64,000 nucleotides of DNA. Source: Marsupella aquatica. Its lineage: Eukaryota > Plantae > Marchantiophyta. Below the pieces are notes generated by a model that was not told the DNA's origin, did no database searches, and worked only from the letters and a program-made list of their open reading frames with translations. Shown here piece after piece: positions 49,341 to 63,687 of the stretch (positions are counted from its first letter, which is position 1; each line of letters opens with the position of its first letter). A program made the position numbers and the translations under genes. The stretch is from positions 14,486,448-14,550,447 of the forward strand of contig OZ316895.1 in assembly GCA_973895155.1 (NCBI GenBank). Reading direction: 5' to 3'.

Positions 49341-51603
49341 TTCTCCTCCCTTCCTCCCCACCTGTCAGTCAGTCAGTCAGTACGAAATCCACCGTAGAAC
49401 AATGCGGGCGGAGGACTGTGCCTGACTTCGGGCCCCCGTCACTCCCAGGCAACCTCCGGTCGATATTCTTTCGCAAAAACACTACTAAATTGTGGCCTAA
49501 TGTTGCTCTTCTGCGTGAGGGTTTCCTCGCATCTCACTCTCTCACCACCATAGCCGAAACTATCAGGGACCTCCCACAGCTACGCACCCTGTTCTGCTCT
49601 GCGCTTGGATGCTCCTCTACCTACTCCTGTTTCTACTCTCCAGCCGGCACAGGAATGCTAGCACAGCAGCAGTGCATGCTGTTTTCTCTAATATGACGCA
49701 GGTTCAACTTTGTCCCTTCTCAAATGCAGTATATTCTAAATTACAGAACTGTACTGTATCGTTTGAAGATATACAAACTCTTTACAAAAAGGGGCCAAAC
49801 AGAGTAAAAAAACAAACAAAAGAGGCCCCCTTGAAGATATGCAAACTTAAAAAAAAACAAGGGCCAAACCTGCGATACAGTACAGTACTGTATTGCAGGC
49901 GGCAAAAAACTACACCGTATTCAATCAGTCGTCAACCGAGAGGACAGCCAACCCTTCATATGATACAAGCATACAACAGTGCTTCTATGCGGGCAGGTAC
50001 ACTGGCTGGCTCTTGCTCGCGTCGATGGCGGGTCGTCATCGTTGGCGACACAGATATTTCTCGTGGGCCCCTTGCTCGGCGCTGCTTGCATGGCTCGTAT
50101 GGCTCGGACTTCAGGGGGCTTCGTCTCATGACCAAAATGGCAGAATGTGTAGACATGTTCTGCCACTGCAAAATTGGCGGAATTCCATCAAATTTATGGA
50201 GGGCTGGAGGTTGAGGCAGCCGGAGCCCGGGGAATCAAATTGGACGATGGACGGACGGACGGACCAATGAACGGACCCCACTCTCAGACCGCAATTTGGT
50301 CCATATCAGCCACGGGAGTATCATGTCTCTCTCAGTGCCGTTCGAATCCGCTTCCCGACGCGATGGCGACGACAAAGATCGGAGCTCATTATGATGTCTG
50401 CCAATGGAAGAATTGATTCATCAATCTATTGAGCACAGTCTTGTCGCAGGTGCGAAATCGAATTTGCGAGTCCCAATGTATTTGCACGAAACTACCAGTA
50501 CTTCCTGACTGGATTGATGCAGGGATCGCGACTTTGCCTCTGCATTCTGCAACACTCTGATTGCAGAAACTGCTGAAAGATCGAAGTCCCCATCATCTTT
50601 GCTCAAGATATGTGGGTTGAGCAGTGAGAGCAGATCGCAGATCCAACTCGGTTGTGAGTATTTAGTAGAGAACATCAGAAACTCAACTCAAAGGTGCGTG
50701 TCAAGATTGGAATTGGGATACTGAAATCGAATGAAGGTCATTTTCAGTAGCGGCCACGGGAAGCTCACCTGAAGTGTGCGCCGTTTTGAGCGGAGGAAAT
50801 CGGAAACTCGAGTCGAGTGTGCGTCTGATTAGTAGAAGGGCTGGCAGGTCGATCAGCTAAATGGTTGACAATCCACTCGAAAGGTTTCGAGCATTTTTTC
50901 AGCAGCTTGATCCCGATTGCTTGAATTTTGGCGTGACTTTGGGTTGGAGTAGCTCTGGATCTGTAACGAGTTTGTTCACTTGGACACGCAATTAAATTGT
51001 GCGATCGACAAAGGAACAAGCGGTGGAGTTGAGACTTTCAAACGGAGTACTGTTCTTTGAGAATGAGATCGTGTGAGGAGCCATCCAAGAATCTGTGTAA
51101 CACGGGGTAGCGAACAGGACAGGGGCACGTATGGAACAAAGCTCGAAGACTGAATCTCTCTTATGTTGCTGTGATGTGCGTTCCTCAATGGAGCTAACTT
51201 GAAAACAACCAACTGTAAACTTTTATTAAGTAAAGATATACGACTGGTCTGTTTGTGAGGACAAACTCTCAGCTGTTTTTTCAGTTACGAGAAATCTAGC
51301 GACAGCCTGACTGGAAAATCCTTACTTTCATCTCAGTGATCTACGATTTCCCAGCCTCTGATGTGTAATACTTCGTGGTTTGAAACAATATCAAAAGTGC
51401 AAACAAGAACACATTTTACCAAATCAGTCAGGCCAGTCAGTAACAACTGGCCTACACGAGAGCTGATGCCACCTCAATGCCAGAGGTCAAACCCATTTTA
51501 ATGTTACGGGCAGTACTGCTGACTCTGGTTGATTTTGCCTCAGAGTCGAAGTTGAGCTATCATGTGTTTCTATCTGCAACATCGTTGTACAGTTTGATGG
51601 TGC

Positions 51604-54600
51604 TTAAAGATATGGGCCTCGACTTAAACGAATGTCTCCATAAGGTACATCTTGAGAGACTTCGAGATAGTTATTCGACCTCAGCGCTGCATATGTGCAC
51701 AATGGAAACGATTAGGTGCGAATTTCTCTTTTTATCTGACAAAAATGACATGAAAAATTGCCGTTCTGGATATCGACTCAAAATAAAGATCTGGAAACTT
51801 TTGAGTATTTCATCCTGTTATGGTGAAAAGACACCGATGGATAGGGGAGACCGGTCAGGACGGTGATCATTTCTAATTGACGAAGTTGTGTGCACATTAC
51901 TGAAACGAACAGACTGCGTCAGCAAGGGTGCCTAAACAGTTCGTTCGTAGGGTATGGGAAGAAACAAAACCATGCAACCAGAATTGGAGAACTTTGATAT
52001 TCGTAATTCGGGAAAAAAACTTACGGTAGCTACTCCAGAAAGTATAGGACTGGTAAAGTATAGAGCACGCCGTGAACCATCATAAGGACTTGCAGACATG
52101 ATGTCATCAATGACTCAAAACGATGTTCACACATTCAAAACATATAGTACTATTCCAAGGAAAACATATAGTACTATAAATGTAGTACAGGTGGAGTTTT
52201 ACCCAGTATGTGATAGAACAATTTCGCTGCTTCTGATCGATCCATTCCTTGCACAAGGTCGTCTAATGACTGATACTCCTTGCACCGCGCACCTAATTCG
52301 TTGAAGTTCTGACGTAAACATCTTTGTTCATGACAGGTGCACAATTAAATCATTTATTTGATCTGCATTACTCTCGGCCTTGATTGTTATATCATTGATA
52401 TACTAATGACTCTCTAAGGCTAGAACTGTCTCTTGTCTCGTCTCCTGGTCCCAGCCGATTTTCAGTTTAGAAAGGCAACTTTTTCGAATTAATGTGACCG
52501 GATGTTCCCGCGGACGCATGTTAATTCATCTTCACAAACTTCCATCTCCACCTACAGATGATGGGCTGGCTTTGCATCTAGGCTGGTCAGGTGTACTGTT
52601 CGCGGGATTGTTCGATGACTTGAATAACGGATTGCATCTATTGTTTACATGTCGTTAAAAGGAAGAAAGTCTTTATAATCACTCACTGAAGAACTGTTAG
52701 AGAGACGTTGTTGAGGCTCCCGTCCTGCTTTCCTGATCCAAGTTGGGCGGAAGCAGCAGTTTCTTCTGCAAGATCTGCGTTACGAGCGGGTCGCATACGT
52801 CAGTAGGCAAGAGTTCGTCGAAATCCTCGCTGCTCAAAGCCAGTGACTGAGTTGGACAAGACCTAATTAGAAGGGAAGTTGACAATCTGCGGTCGTCGAA
52901 CTACAAACTTCATATGTATTCTCTAGGTTTGGCCTTCATCGGAGGACATTCCTGGCCAAGTAAACTGACTCGTGCAAGTCTTCTTTTACTAAGCGACTAA
53001 GCGACAGATAGAAATCTTGGATTCTACTGTTAAACCTTATGCGACTGGTTTGTATGAGTAGCAGTAACGATGACCTTCTCATTGGCAGTCTTACCAAATT
53101 GAGTCAAAGATCCTCGTAGCGTTCCTCTCAAGTTTGAAAAGTAGGCCGAGCTGCCAAGAGCATCGGGCACAGGCATGTCGTTTTCGGCGAAGTAATTATC
53201 TGCCGGAAAATCGCCTAAGCCAATCGCAGGGGAGGACAGGCGTGCTTTTACAAATCTGTGACGCAGAACCAATAACGACTTAATTAGCAGGTGAATGATT
53301 AACTCTGGTGCTGACTGCAATTCTTCAAGCTTGACTTGAATATAAATGTTTTGCAGGTTACTCATGAAATGGATTTTGTTCATAGTCCAAACTTCAAGAA
53401 GTTCTCCATGCTAAATTTCTTTCAGATGCATACATGTGTAAGGACAATGTATCCACGAACACTTCAAATTTCCCGAGCTATATCCTGTCGTCGACGATGA
53501 ACGACATACCTTCCCGATCCACCAGTGGAAGGCTCGACCTCGACATCAAATGGAAGTTTTCCGGAGCCAGGTGTAGACACAGAGCGCTTTGGCCTCCCAC
53601 CAGCATTTGTTCCAAATTGTCCTACACAACGAGCCAGAAACCATGACAACTGTAATGATAACGGATTCTACTGGGAAGGTTGGACATTCTTTGCTGACGA
53701 GTGCCAAGTTAGTGCTAAGTTATACACAGTATTTATAACACTGAATCTCCTCATTGACTTTGCGATGCCGGAGGCTCCGATGATGATTTTGTCGCTTTTA
53801 GAGCAAGAAATATATATATGGGTTGGATGGAGCTTCAACGAAGTGCATACTCGGAGTCTGTCGTTCGTCCTAATTAATGATATACATTCAGTCGCTAATT
53901 ATAACCATGCTACTCGGAAGGTAAAACAGCACATATTAAAATCGACCTTACACATCTACCATAATTGATGAATCTCCATCCCTAATGTGAGCTCACGAAT
54001 CTCAAACCCTGTTTCAATTCAGCAACTATATTTATAAGTTTAAGTAGAAGCACTGCTACTGGAGATTTTAGTCAGCGTTCACGATCGATTCTTCTGATTG
54101 ATTTCTTACCGGATAGGCTGGGAGTGAGCCCAAGCTGGCTGCCCCCAAAATGATCTTCACTTCCTGGACTGGGGCTTCGAAGTGCTCCCCGCAGCTTCTC
54201 AACAGAACCGTGGTCTCTAACATGAAGCTGACCCTGCATATCCGGGTTCCATAGATTCAGAACGTACCGCTGCACATTGCCAGCTCGGCTAGGACAGCTA
54301 TGAAGTGGGGGATGAACTGCGATCACTCAGTGCAGTGTTTAATGTCAAGCCTAAGTCAAGAATCGACAAAATGGTAAGAAAGACTGTCTGTGAACGTAGA
54401 GTTATCAGTGAGCTGGCTCGATCGCCTAAACGGTGACTCTTCTTGTTTATGTGATTGTGACAGATCAATAGTACATGATTACAAAATTTGCTATTTAACT
54501 TGTGTTACTCTGGTGAAGTAGAAAAGGTTACAAAAGAATTTGTCTCGACCTGACAATCAAAATCCTGATAAAGAATCCGGAGACCTAACATGATCAAACT

Positions 54601-57600
54601 GTCAGTGACGAAAGTCGACCGTTGTCCGTCTGTGTATAGCTAAGAATCTCGGTGGACCGTAGTATGATTGAACAGAAAGAATCACCAGCTAACCATGAAA
54701 GGTGCTCTCGAACACGATTGTCGGAGATCTAACTTGACTTACAGAGGGAAAGTGTTCCACAGAATCCTGAGTATCTCGAGTTTTGGAATTGCCACCGTTC
54801 TCAGTTGGGACCTCTTGAGGTTTTTCGACATCGGGTTCAACATTCGCACGGGTTTCTGAAGAAGAAACTAAGTGGAATTCTCGTTCTGGCTGGCCATCGG
54901 AAGGATCTGAACATGATTTCGAATGAATGCCCTGTACCGAGGTGCCAGGAAGCAAGGGCAATGCTTTACGGCTTCTCAGGTCTCGAAAATGACGGTCTCC
55001 TGCGGCTCAAATTCAACTCTGTCAATCATAATTTAAGGCAATGCATTCCAAACAGTCACAGGTTGATACATCCACATACGAACGGAAATCCTATAAGAAC
55101 GCAAAACCTACGTCCAGTACGTGTAGGATATGGCTAGCTAACATATGGAGATAATCGGTACATAATTTAGGACGAGGGCAAAGATCAGGGATCCTGTTGC
55201 CATGAATTACCTTCAGATTTTGCACCGATATCCATGTTCCATAAGTGTAGTAGATCATCCGTCCACTCCGGTTCCAGCCCAGGAAAACAAGTCCAGTGAG
55301 ACAGAGACGCTGAAGGCAGTCTGAAGAGCATCTCCACCCGTGATGCATCCGAATTTTTTTTCTGAACATAACCATGGCATACAACGGAGAACATAAACTT
55401 GGGCGTGAATTACGAGCACCGATTAGGTAGTATAATGCAATCAAAAGTTTGCATCCAGAAGCGCAGCGTCATGTTGCAGTTTCTGATGCAAAATGTGTTC
55501 TGGTTTTAATAGCGGAGCTCAAGTTAACTATAGCCGCTCAAGCTATGTAACTGTTGATTTAAGCTTGAAGTTTGTGAAATTGAAAAAACGTTCATCAGAT
55601 TTGTTTTCATGACTGATTGATCGTGCCAACAAGAAAATTAAATAAACCGTAAGTAGGGTTTTTTGAGTCCTAGGTGGAAAAGATGATAACAACAGACATC
55701 CCGGTAGGCACTTGCCAGTAATTGTAGCTTAGCTACTGTCAGTTAGTAGTGACTTGCTGCGGTCTTCCTGATGTACATTCTCACCTGGGCTGTTCCTCGT
55801 CCAATAATGTCTTCTCGGTCTCGAAGCCACGTCGCAAACACAGGTGCAGGAATCTCCAAGCACTCGTCATGCACAATATTGTGTTTCGTTCGGACTTGTC
55901 GTTTTCTTTTTTTTTGGGTAGTAGCAGCAGTACCCGTGGTATCCTCTCTATGGTCGGGCTGCACGGTGGACCACGAATGTAGCATATCTATTAATTTGCA
56001 CGCATGCATATTCGTGGCCCATTGCTGAGAAGCATTCAAGAAAACTCTATCTTCACGCTAACTCTGACAAGATTTACAATGGCGCCCCTGAAGTTCTCAT
56101 TATTGTCAAGCTAATGAATGGTGAGGCCATAATAATTAACGACTCTTTCATATGTAGACCGCAATTCAGCAGCTTGACAGAGTTGAATCTTGATCTGGAT
56201 TTTATCCTAGTAAGCTTTTGAAGATTAAAAAAACTGGGCGATTAGCGCTTATACTGTGGATGTAAATTTAGAATTTGGGGTATTAATTTAGGAAAGACTG
56301 ATGACACACAGATTCCGGTCCAACAATTTCTTCTGGTTTCGAAGGATTTTTCTCCAGATCTGTTCTCGGATCTTGGTCTGGTTGCTGCTCCTGGCTTTCC
56401 GTTGAGTTAACCTGGATTTCAGCGCTCAGCGGAGCTTTGATTTCTTCTGCAAGATCATGACCACTTTCAGAAGATGGCCAATGGTAAAACGTACCAGTTC
56501 ATCGGAATGCTACAGACTAAATGCGACCTGTCCGTGCAACCAGTAGTCAAGAAACTAAATTCATTGGTGATATATTATAATGAATTGATCGAGTATCATT
56601 TTGTGAAAGCTGAAATGAGAGATCGAGTATGGAAATACCCGAGAGCAGTATCTCTGGGAGAAGATCCAAATCCATTGGATCATGATCGGTTGCCGAAAGT
56701 CGTTCTTCCTCAAGAAGTTCCCTGGATTCGAATTAAGTTACATCTCAATCAGAGGACAAGCATGATTGAAAACTAGACTCAAGTCACTGAAACTTACAGA
56801 GCTTTAGAGATAGTAGTTCCTATTACAGTGCCGGATTACAGTGCAATGACTAGCGAGATTTACATGAAAGTGTGAACATTGTTGTCATTGAAGCTTGATA
56901 ACATCTAATACGATTCAGTTGGATAGAGAAGAATAGCTCACGGACATGCTAAAGTCGCCAAATTGACCATTGGAACTGTTGTGGTTGTCGTCAAGAGTAA
57001 TATCCACACTGTCGGCTACGATACAGACCAAACGTGATTTAAGTCAAGGCAGGTTTGTAGTGTAATAGACGCGTATAAACAGACTCAGCTGTGACTATTA
57101 CTCCAAAAAATCACTTTCTAAGCTCATTTGGCAACATTGTAAACCCAGGTCCACAGTCACCTGAAGTTTAAGGGGTGCTCACCTCGCAAATGATCCGGGC
57201 CAAGATAAACATTTTTGTCGAGGTCAACATCGGCCTCATACAGTTGCCGAGAAGAATTCTTAGGCTTGGTGACAATAACGTAGTCTTTGCTACGGAACTG
57301 ATAGATGCTCAACACATTTAATGAAGCGAGTTGTCCATATACCACAAGCACAAGACGGATTAATTAGTACGCACCTCCAAAAAATTTAGAACACCATAGG
57401 AGCATAGCTTTTGCACGCGTTTGTTTAATAATATCGGAAGAAAGTATAAATTATGCAAATTTGGGTAATAGGAGGCTATCCAGCGATCCGAAAAAGTTTT
57501 CTCACGGAGTCGCGATCAGAGCTGCGCCGGTCAGGAGTACTTGGGCGCATCATGGGTCTTTCGATGTCATCAAAAGCATCAAAGTCGTAGTTGATAGTAA

Positions 57601-60400
57601 GATTTTCATGCCTGGAAGGAATTGATTCCATTGATCGAGCATTAGAAAGGGACTCGAACTGTACAAGACATGACATTCATTATCAATATTTAGAGTCTCT
57701 ATGTTACCATAACTATTGATTCGATCAACTGCAGTTTGACGAATTTGGATTCGACTTAGTTGCGCTTCATGCATGCCGTAACACTTTATACGTACGCAGA
57801 AATAAATCAGCTATAAGAATTGGATGGATCTAAGTAGCTAGAAAACTTGTCTGGCTGAACTTTCTTGCACCGCGCTAGCTGCACCTAATCAAAAAATAAT
57901 ATGCATTACAACCCATATGCTCAAGGAGCCTTTAGCGAATTATGTACATACTTTCCGTGTAACTTTCCTTTCGGTAAGGATATGATGTTGTCGTTTGATT
58001 TCTTATACAGTACTGTCTTGATCCTGAGCTGTTTCAACATTAAAAATTTATGAGGGAAAGTACTCCAACGTGGCGATTAATTGTGTTTGCTGAAATGACA
58101 TTATCGCACATACAAGAAAGCAAAGTCCAGCTCCCTACCAGAGATGACCAAAATATCAAGTAATATTTTGATTATTGATAGACTTGCAAATTAGTACTCA
58201 CTGCAAGACTTTCGGATCGAAAGCGGATCTGTAGAACTACTTATTGATATATCTCCTCAGAGACACATCACTACGTAGTTTTCTATATCGCTGAGCGGAT
58301 GTCGGACGATAAGCCACGGAATTTAGAAGATGGGGTTAGCAGCCACTTACAAGAAACTCAGTGACGTCGTCTGATTTGAAATCGAGAAGTTTACCGTAAG
58401 TTGTTTCCCCATGTCCACATACGACGTCAAAATACATGTCAAAAGCTAGTGAACTTCGCAATACTGGCTAGATTAGACACCTTTAATATGGATTGAGTCG
58501 TAGAGCTTTGAGTGTAACTAGAGTCACCAATAAGCTAGCTTTATGTTAATTAAATAGAGCTTTCACTGTATGATTTAGAGTGATCGTTTTCCCCCTTACG
58601 ACGATTATCAGGTATTGGGGTAGCTGAACTAATGTATGATCTACCAATTTACGTCAGCATACAAAAATTGATTACTGAAAAGATTAATTTTCAACATCAG
58701 ATCTGTAAGCCAGCTCCAGCATTCGGGAAGTTATAAATAAGGCATCAACGGACGGCGGCCGTCACCTTGAAGAAACTGCACTTTGCGATGGAAAACCAGT
58801 ACGACGCCTCCTGCAGATCGAATTGCAGCCGCTGAACGTTACCTCGGACTGTATGACGAGTATACTGATCGATCAGGAGTATAGACTTAATTTTTTTAAG
58901 AAGATGACTTGGTTTATTCCTGTCGATTATTCGATTCGTCACATTCGATTAGTCTTGTCTCTAGATATTTTATTTAACACTTTCAGCCCTGTCCAGCTAT
59001 ACATATACGTCCTTAATTAAGGAGGATAGTCCGCCGCGTGTAGACACATGAATGTGGAATGCAATTACGACCATTAAAATTAATTTATCTACTCGATTTC
59101 AGCAGTTCTAGTGAGCCCTTTTTCAGATGTAAGATTATTCGAATCTGATGGAGCTTCCAGCGTCGAACCAAAGTATTACAAACTGCATCTCAGATGGCTT
59201 GCACGAAGATCAGCATTAGTGATATCCGCGAGTGTAACACTCGGTGATCTCAGCTCGGGAGTACCCATGAGAATTCCGGAAAGCCGGAGAGCGAGCGGAA
59301 CTTGCGGCTTGAGTATCTGCATGCTGCAACGAGATATAATATGTAGCAAACCTTCAAGTTGTTAGATCCGGGAGAGTTTTGAGAGGCACGGAATGAGAAA
59401 CCTTAAGATAACAAGCTATCAACATTCAACTTTTTCTAGGAAAATATTAGGCGATCTGTACTTTCTATTAGGCGATCTGTACTTTTTACTCGTCCTCCTT
59501 GATTATGACTCGCAGAGGCTATCCGTAATAAAGAGCAGGTACTATTCACTTTTTGTCTCTGTATTGCGGACGGTAAACGTACAGATCGCCTAATAGACGC
59601 TTTGCACACATAAATCGCTCGGTACTTCAGCATGGCAATGATTCAGAGATACAAAGCTGCTATGTACTGCAGTATAGGGAGTATGGGGAAGGAACAATTA
59701 CTTCCATTGTCATCTACATTTGAACATACAGAGTCTGTACTGTCTTCGATCCAAAGCATCCAAGGGTTTGAATCTCCAGCTCTTTGGAATTCTCAAAAAT
59801 CAGTCACATGAGATCGAAGAATGTTACTTTGTTTTAGATTTCGCGGAGTTTCTCTATCATTTAGTTTACCAAATCTCTTCAACTATCGACTTGTTCAAAT
59901 TTAAATTCAAATTCAAAATTTACCAAATCGCTTCAATATCGATTTGTTCCGTTTTCTTTCTGTTGATCTTTGCGTGCATGGTGGCCGCAATCCTGTTGTC
60001 ATTCAACAGTAACATCGTTATCCATTTTAATAATCTTTTAAGAATAAAAAATCCTCAGACGAAACGCTTGCAGTCATGTTCCAGAGCTCCACAAGAGTAT
60101 TGTAGCACGCCTGATGTTTAGTTCGAGCACGACACTCAAGACAACAGTTTAATCAATTATGAGTTTCGCAGTCGCAGACACTTGTCAAATTAGACCTCTA
60201 TTTGACTGCCTTGAGGAAGGCCCAGAGAAAGTGAATGTCCGTGTATACAACGCGGACCACACTTTCTCCGAAGCTTCTACACGGCGGTCCGATGCCGCAC
60301 CTAATACGAAGGCAGGGGATCAAAATAGCAACAGTCCAATGACGCACCATATCTGGCCCAGAGGGCCCTTTTTACAAAGTAGCTGGTGAGAGTAGAACAT
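51604..60400 (-). CDS. REC8: Meiotic cohesin kleisin REC8/SYN1, multi-exon (internal exons only partly resolved)
   Basis: Exons 60400-60348, 59992-59924, 59323-59265, 58810-58766, 58370-58351 read MFYSHQLLCKKGPLGQIWIAATMHAKINRKK..ILKPQVPLALRLSGILMGGVVLVFHRKVQFLQDDV. Middle exon HDECLEIPAPVFATWLRD (~55,800-55,940). Last exons (~52,320-52,203; 51686-51604) read SLDDLVQGMDRSEAAKLFYHILALRSNNYLEVSQDVPYGDIRLSRGPYL*. Confidence 0.92.
59465..59596. mobile_element. MITE-like inverted repeat in REC8 intron 2
   Basis: Perfect 18-bp IR CTATTAGGCGATCTGTAC (59465-59482) / GTACAGATCGCCTAATAG (59579-59596); extra tandem copy of the left arm at ~59,445. Confidence 0.6.
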
Positions 60401-61204
60401 AGCTGCTCAGGTCGCACCACGGTTGTTGTCCACAAAGCTCAACGACACCCTTCCCGTACTCGACAACGAATACCGGACCTTAAAGTTGCTTCTTGATAGC
60501 AATGTAGTCGAGTTTGTTTACTTAATTAGACACTTGAAGTGACCACGGTATGACAAAGCCTCTCTCCGCGGTACGTCTATCTGAACTCAGCCGGAATAAC
60601 AATTTTTTATATATATCAACATTGATTCATGCAAGATATCTAGCTTGAGAAACAACACCGAGTCGATCACAGGCATATATCACTACGTACACAAAATGGC
60701 AATAGCGCACAAAATGGCAATAGCGTTGGTCAGATTACTAACAATTAGTCTAAGTGCGACGGAGACTGCCTGGATTGGCTAAATAGATGCAACATTCACA
60801 GTTAGACATAATGTCGATGAATTGTGCGTACGTACGTATAGTCCCTGACTGAAGTGAGGGCTCTCCCTAACAAAAGCGTTGTTCGCCCGTCCGCATGAGG
60901 AATCGCACGGCAAACGGAAGAAACCAGGGGAGATTCTGGAATTCTTGTAGGTTCTTGGTAGACCTCGATAACCGAGAGTCCCAACTAATTGCCGAAGAGA
61001 CTTTCAAATGAACTGCAGGAGCCATCAATGCAGAGATTTAGTACGTGCAATTCAAAGGTTACTGACTGCTCGAAAACCCGTGCACGTAGGCTCTGCCCCT
61101 TTTCAAGCACCAGCACACGCTTTTCTCCCATCAAGACCGCTAAATGATAATTCAAACAAGATGTTATAACTAATCACAGCAATTTTAAGTGTATTCGTCA
61201 ATCC

Positions 61205-61917
61205 TTAAGGCAAAAACAGCTTAAAGCAGCCGCCACCTAATGAACTGTCGTTACTCAGTCGAATAAATCCCTGACGAGATTTATTTTTATGCATAAGCGC
61301 CACTTTGTTGGCGAATAGCAAACCTAAATGAGGCCGTCCTCCTGCAAAATTTGTTCGCGCTTCGGCAAAGGTCGAGGCATTCAACATATCTTCTGGATAA
61401 CCTGGGCCATCATCTTCGATAGAAATACATAAGCCTTCTTGAGTTTGTATTGCCCTTAGAATTAATTTTTTTCTGGAGTAGCGTGCACAGTTTACGATTA
61501 TATTATTAATAACGCCGCCAACGAGATCGCTGTCAAAATAACCCAATAAAGATTCATCGCACTCCAGTACCAATTCAAGCCTACGCGTTTGCAACAAGCC
61601 ATGATTGCGTGCAATTTGCTCACTCAACACATCGGCCACAATATATTCATCAATATGTGCACGAACATTATCGTGATCTAAACGATAGAGTGATAACAGT
61701 TGTATAAGCTCGCTGTTAATTCGCGCGGCCTCATACTCAAGTATCGCATAAGATTTTGCATGATCATTATTTGCGGTGGATATTGCGCCATTACATCCGT
61801 TAAAGTATTTAGCAACATTCCCAACGAATTTTTCATATCGTGTACGCTTGATGCCAACACAAATGAAAAACTTATCTCTTGAACTTCCTGAGTCATATCT
61901 TCACCATCTTGCATCAT
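61205..61917 (-). CDS. Small cytoplasmic histidine kinase (HisKA-like plus HATPase_c), frameshifted
   Basis: H-box ASSVHDMKNSLG (ORF 61678-61917); N-box NNIIVNCARY, G1 IEDDGPGYP and G2-like HLGLLF (ORF 61205-61639). Split across frames. Confidence 0.85.
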
Positions 61918-63542
61918 TAATTTTTTGACGATAGCGCGCGTAACACATCTTCTAACTGACGGAATCGCCGAAATTGTTCATGATTATCGGGAATAATTTT
62001 TCGGATATAATCGATAGTTTGTTGCATAACCAATAACAGCTGAAGATTTTCTGGCTCCTGCTTAGCCTGCGCCACCAGCGCCTGCACTAAATTCAAACGC
62101 AAACCTATGTGCTGCGGAAAATCCTGAAGCGCACTGGTAAAACAATCTACCGCACGCACAAAATCTTTGCATCGTAAAACCCTATACCCTCTTTGTTTAC
62201 GCGCATTACCAATGCTTTATTCTTGGCGCTGCAAGGTTCATCTAGCAAACAGTCTATTTGTTGCAATAGCTCTTCTTGCCCGGCACATTCCACTAATAGC
62301 TCTGCAATAATCTTATCGCTTTTTTCTTTACTGCCATGCTCGCGCAGCGCTTTTACCAATTCAATTTTTGTGGCACATCAACTGCCACCGCATCGGAATC
62401 AATAATCTTCTGCGCATTGACCAAAGCCTCAGCACTTCTGCGAGCATCACCTGAAACGGAAAACAATTGCGACTCCATAAATAACTGGTAATTTTTTGTC
62501 GTTTGTTTTACCAAAGCGCTGTGGAATTTCTGCAACAATTTTTAAGGCATCACGCACTATAGGTGCAGCTACATTTTTATCGAGTTTGGCAAGTTGGATG
62601 CTCGCTCGCGCAAAACTTTCGTGAAAAGCAATATCATCGTGGCAGGAATTTTCGCCCAACTTTACAGCTTTTCGATAGGAGTTTGCGGCGGTCGATAAAT
62701 CATTATTTTTTAACGCGACATCACCCAAAGCTTGCTGGCGCAAAATAGATAAGGGTGATATTTCAACCGCTTGCTGTAAAGTTTGTTGTCGTCCTGAATA
62801 GTCGCCAACGTTCAGCCAAAATATCTGCCAGTAAATCATAGGCTTTTAAGCAGAGCGGATTAAATTGAATAATTTCTTCCAGCCATTGCTGCGCACTTAG
62901 CGCATCGCCCATTGATTTTTTTGCTTGCGCCATGCCTAACATAGCCCAATCAAGCTGCCGCACATCTAAAATATTTCTGTACAAAGCTTCAGCTTTTTCG
63001 AACTCACCAGCTTGCAACAAAACCCGTCTAGAATTTTTGGCATGGACTTGTGTAGCGATTACCCGCTGCAATTTCAGCTTCACACAAAGTAATTACTGCG
63101 CCCCAACTCTTGATCTTTTAGGGCTTTATAAATAGGTGCCAAGGCAATGCGCTGTTAAATAAACGCTCTAAACGTTGCGCCAGCGCTTGGCCGGTAAGAG
63201 GTTTTGCAAGGTATGCGTCTGGCTCATAATCATAAGCAGCCATAATGATATTTTTATTCGACTCGGCCGAAATAAGAACGAACAGGGCTATCGCTATTCA
63301 AATTGGGTTGATGACGCAAACCTCTAATATTTGCTGGCGGTTTTTCCTTTGCCTAGATTTTGATCGCACAAAATCACATCATAGACTTTAGCATTACAGT
63401 AACGCAGTGCCTCTGCGCTTGAAGGCACCGAATCCACCGTGCCTATACCAAATTCATGCAACATTTTCGATAGGGTAATGCGGAAGCTTTCAAAATCATC
63501 AACGATTAAAGCCTGTAATTTTCCGTAGGAGCTATTAGCCAT
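61917..63542 (-). CDS. Response regulator (receiver domain plus TPR repeats), multiply frameshifted
   Basis: ALIVDDF...DVILCDQNLG, then in another frame YEPDAYLAKP; TPR-like fragments in ORFs 62763-63083, 62447-62839, 62147-62359 and 61917-62159. Confidence 0.85.
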
Positions 63543-63669
63543 AAATACATCTCACAAGCTTAAATACATCTCACAGATCTAAAGTGTTTCATGCACAAAA
63601 CTCGGACTGCGAAGCATGGGCAGCTTTATGCCAGAAATTGAATTTAGAATAGCTCATAATTGAATGCAT

Positions 63670-63687
63670 GGGAGTTACATAACTCCC
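63670..63687. promoter_or_regulatory. Palindrome in divergent intergenic region (candidate operator)
   Basis: GGGAGTTA-CA-TAACTCCC, perfect 8-bp arms. Confidence 0.4.

Noticed and set aside
48241-50270. ORFs antisense to or upstream of BIO2 (up to 201 aa)
   Set aside because: Shadow frames or promoter/UTR sequence without motifs.
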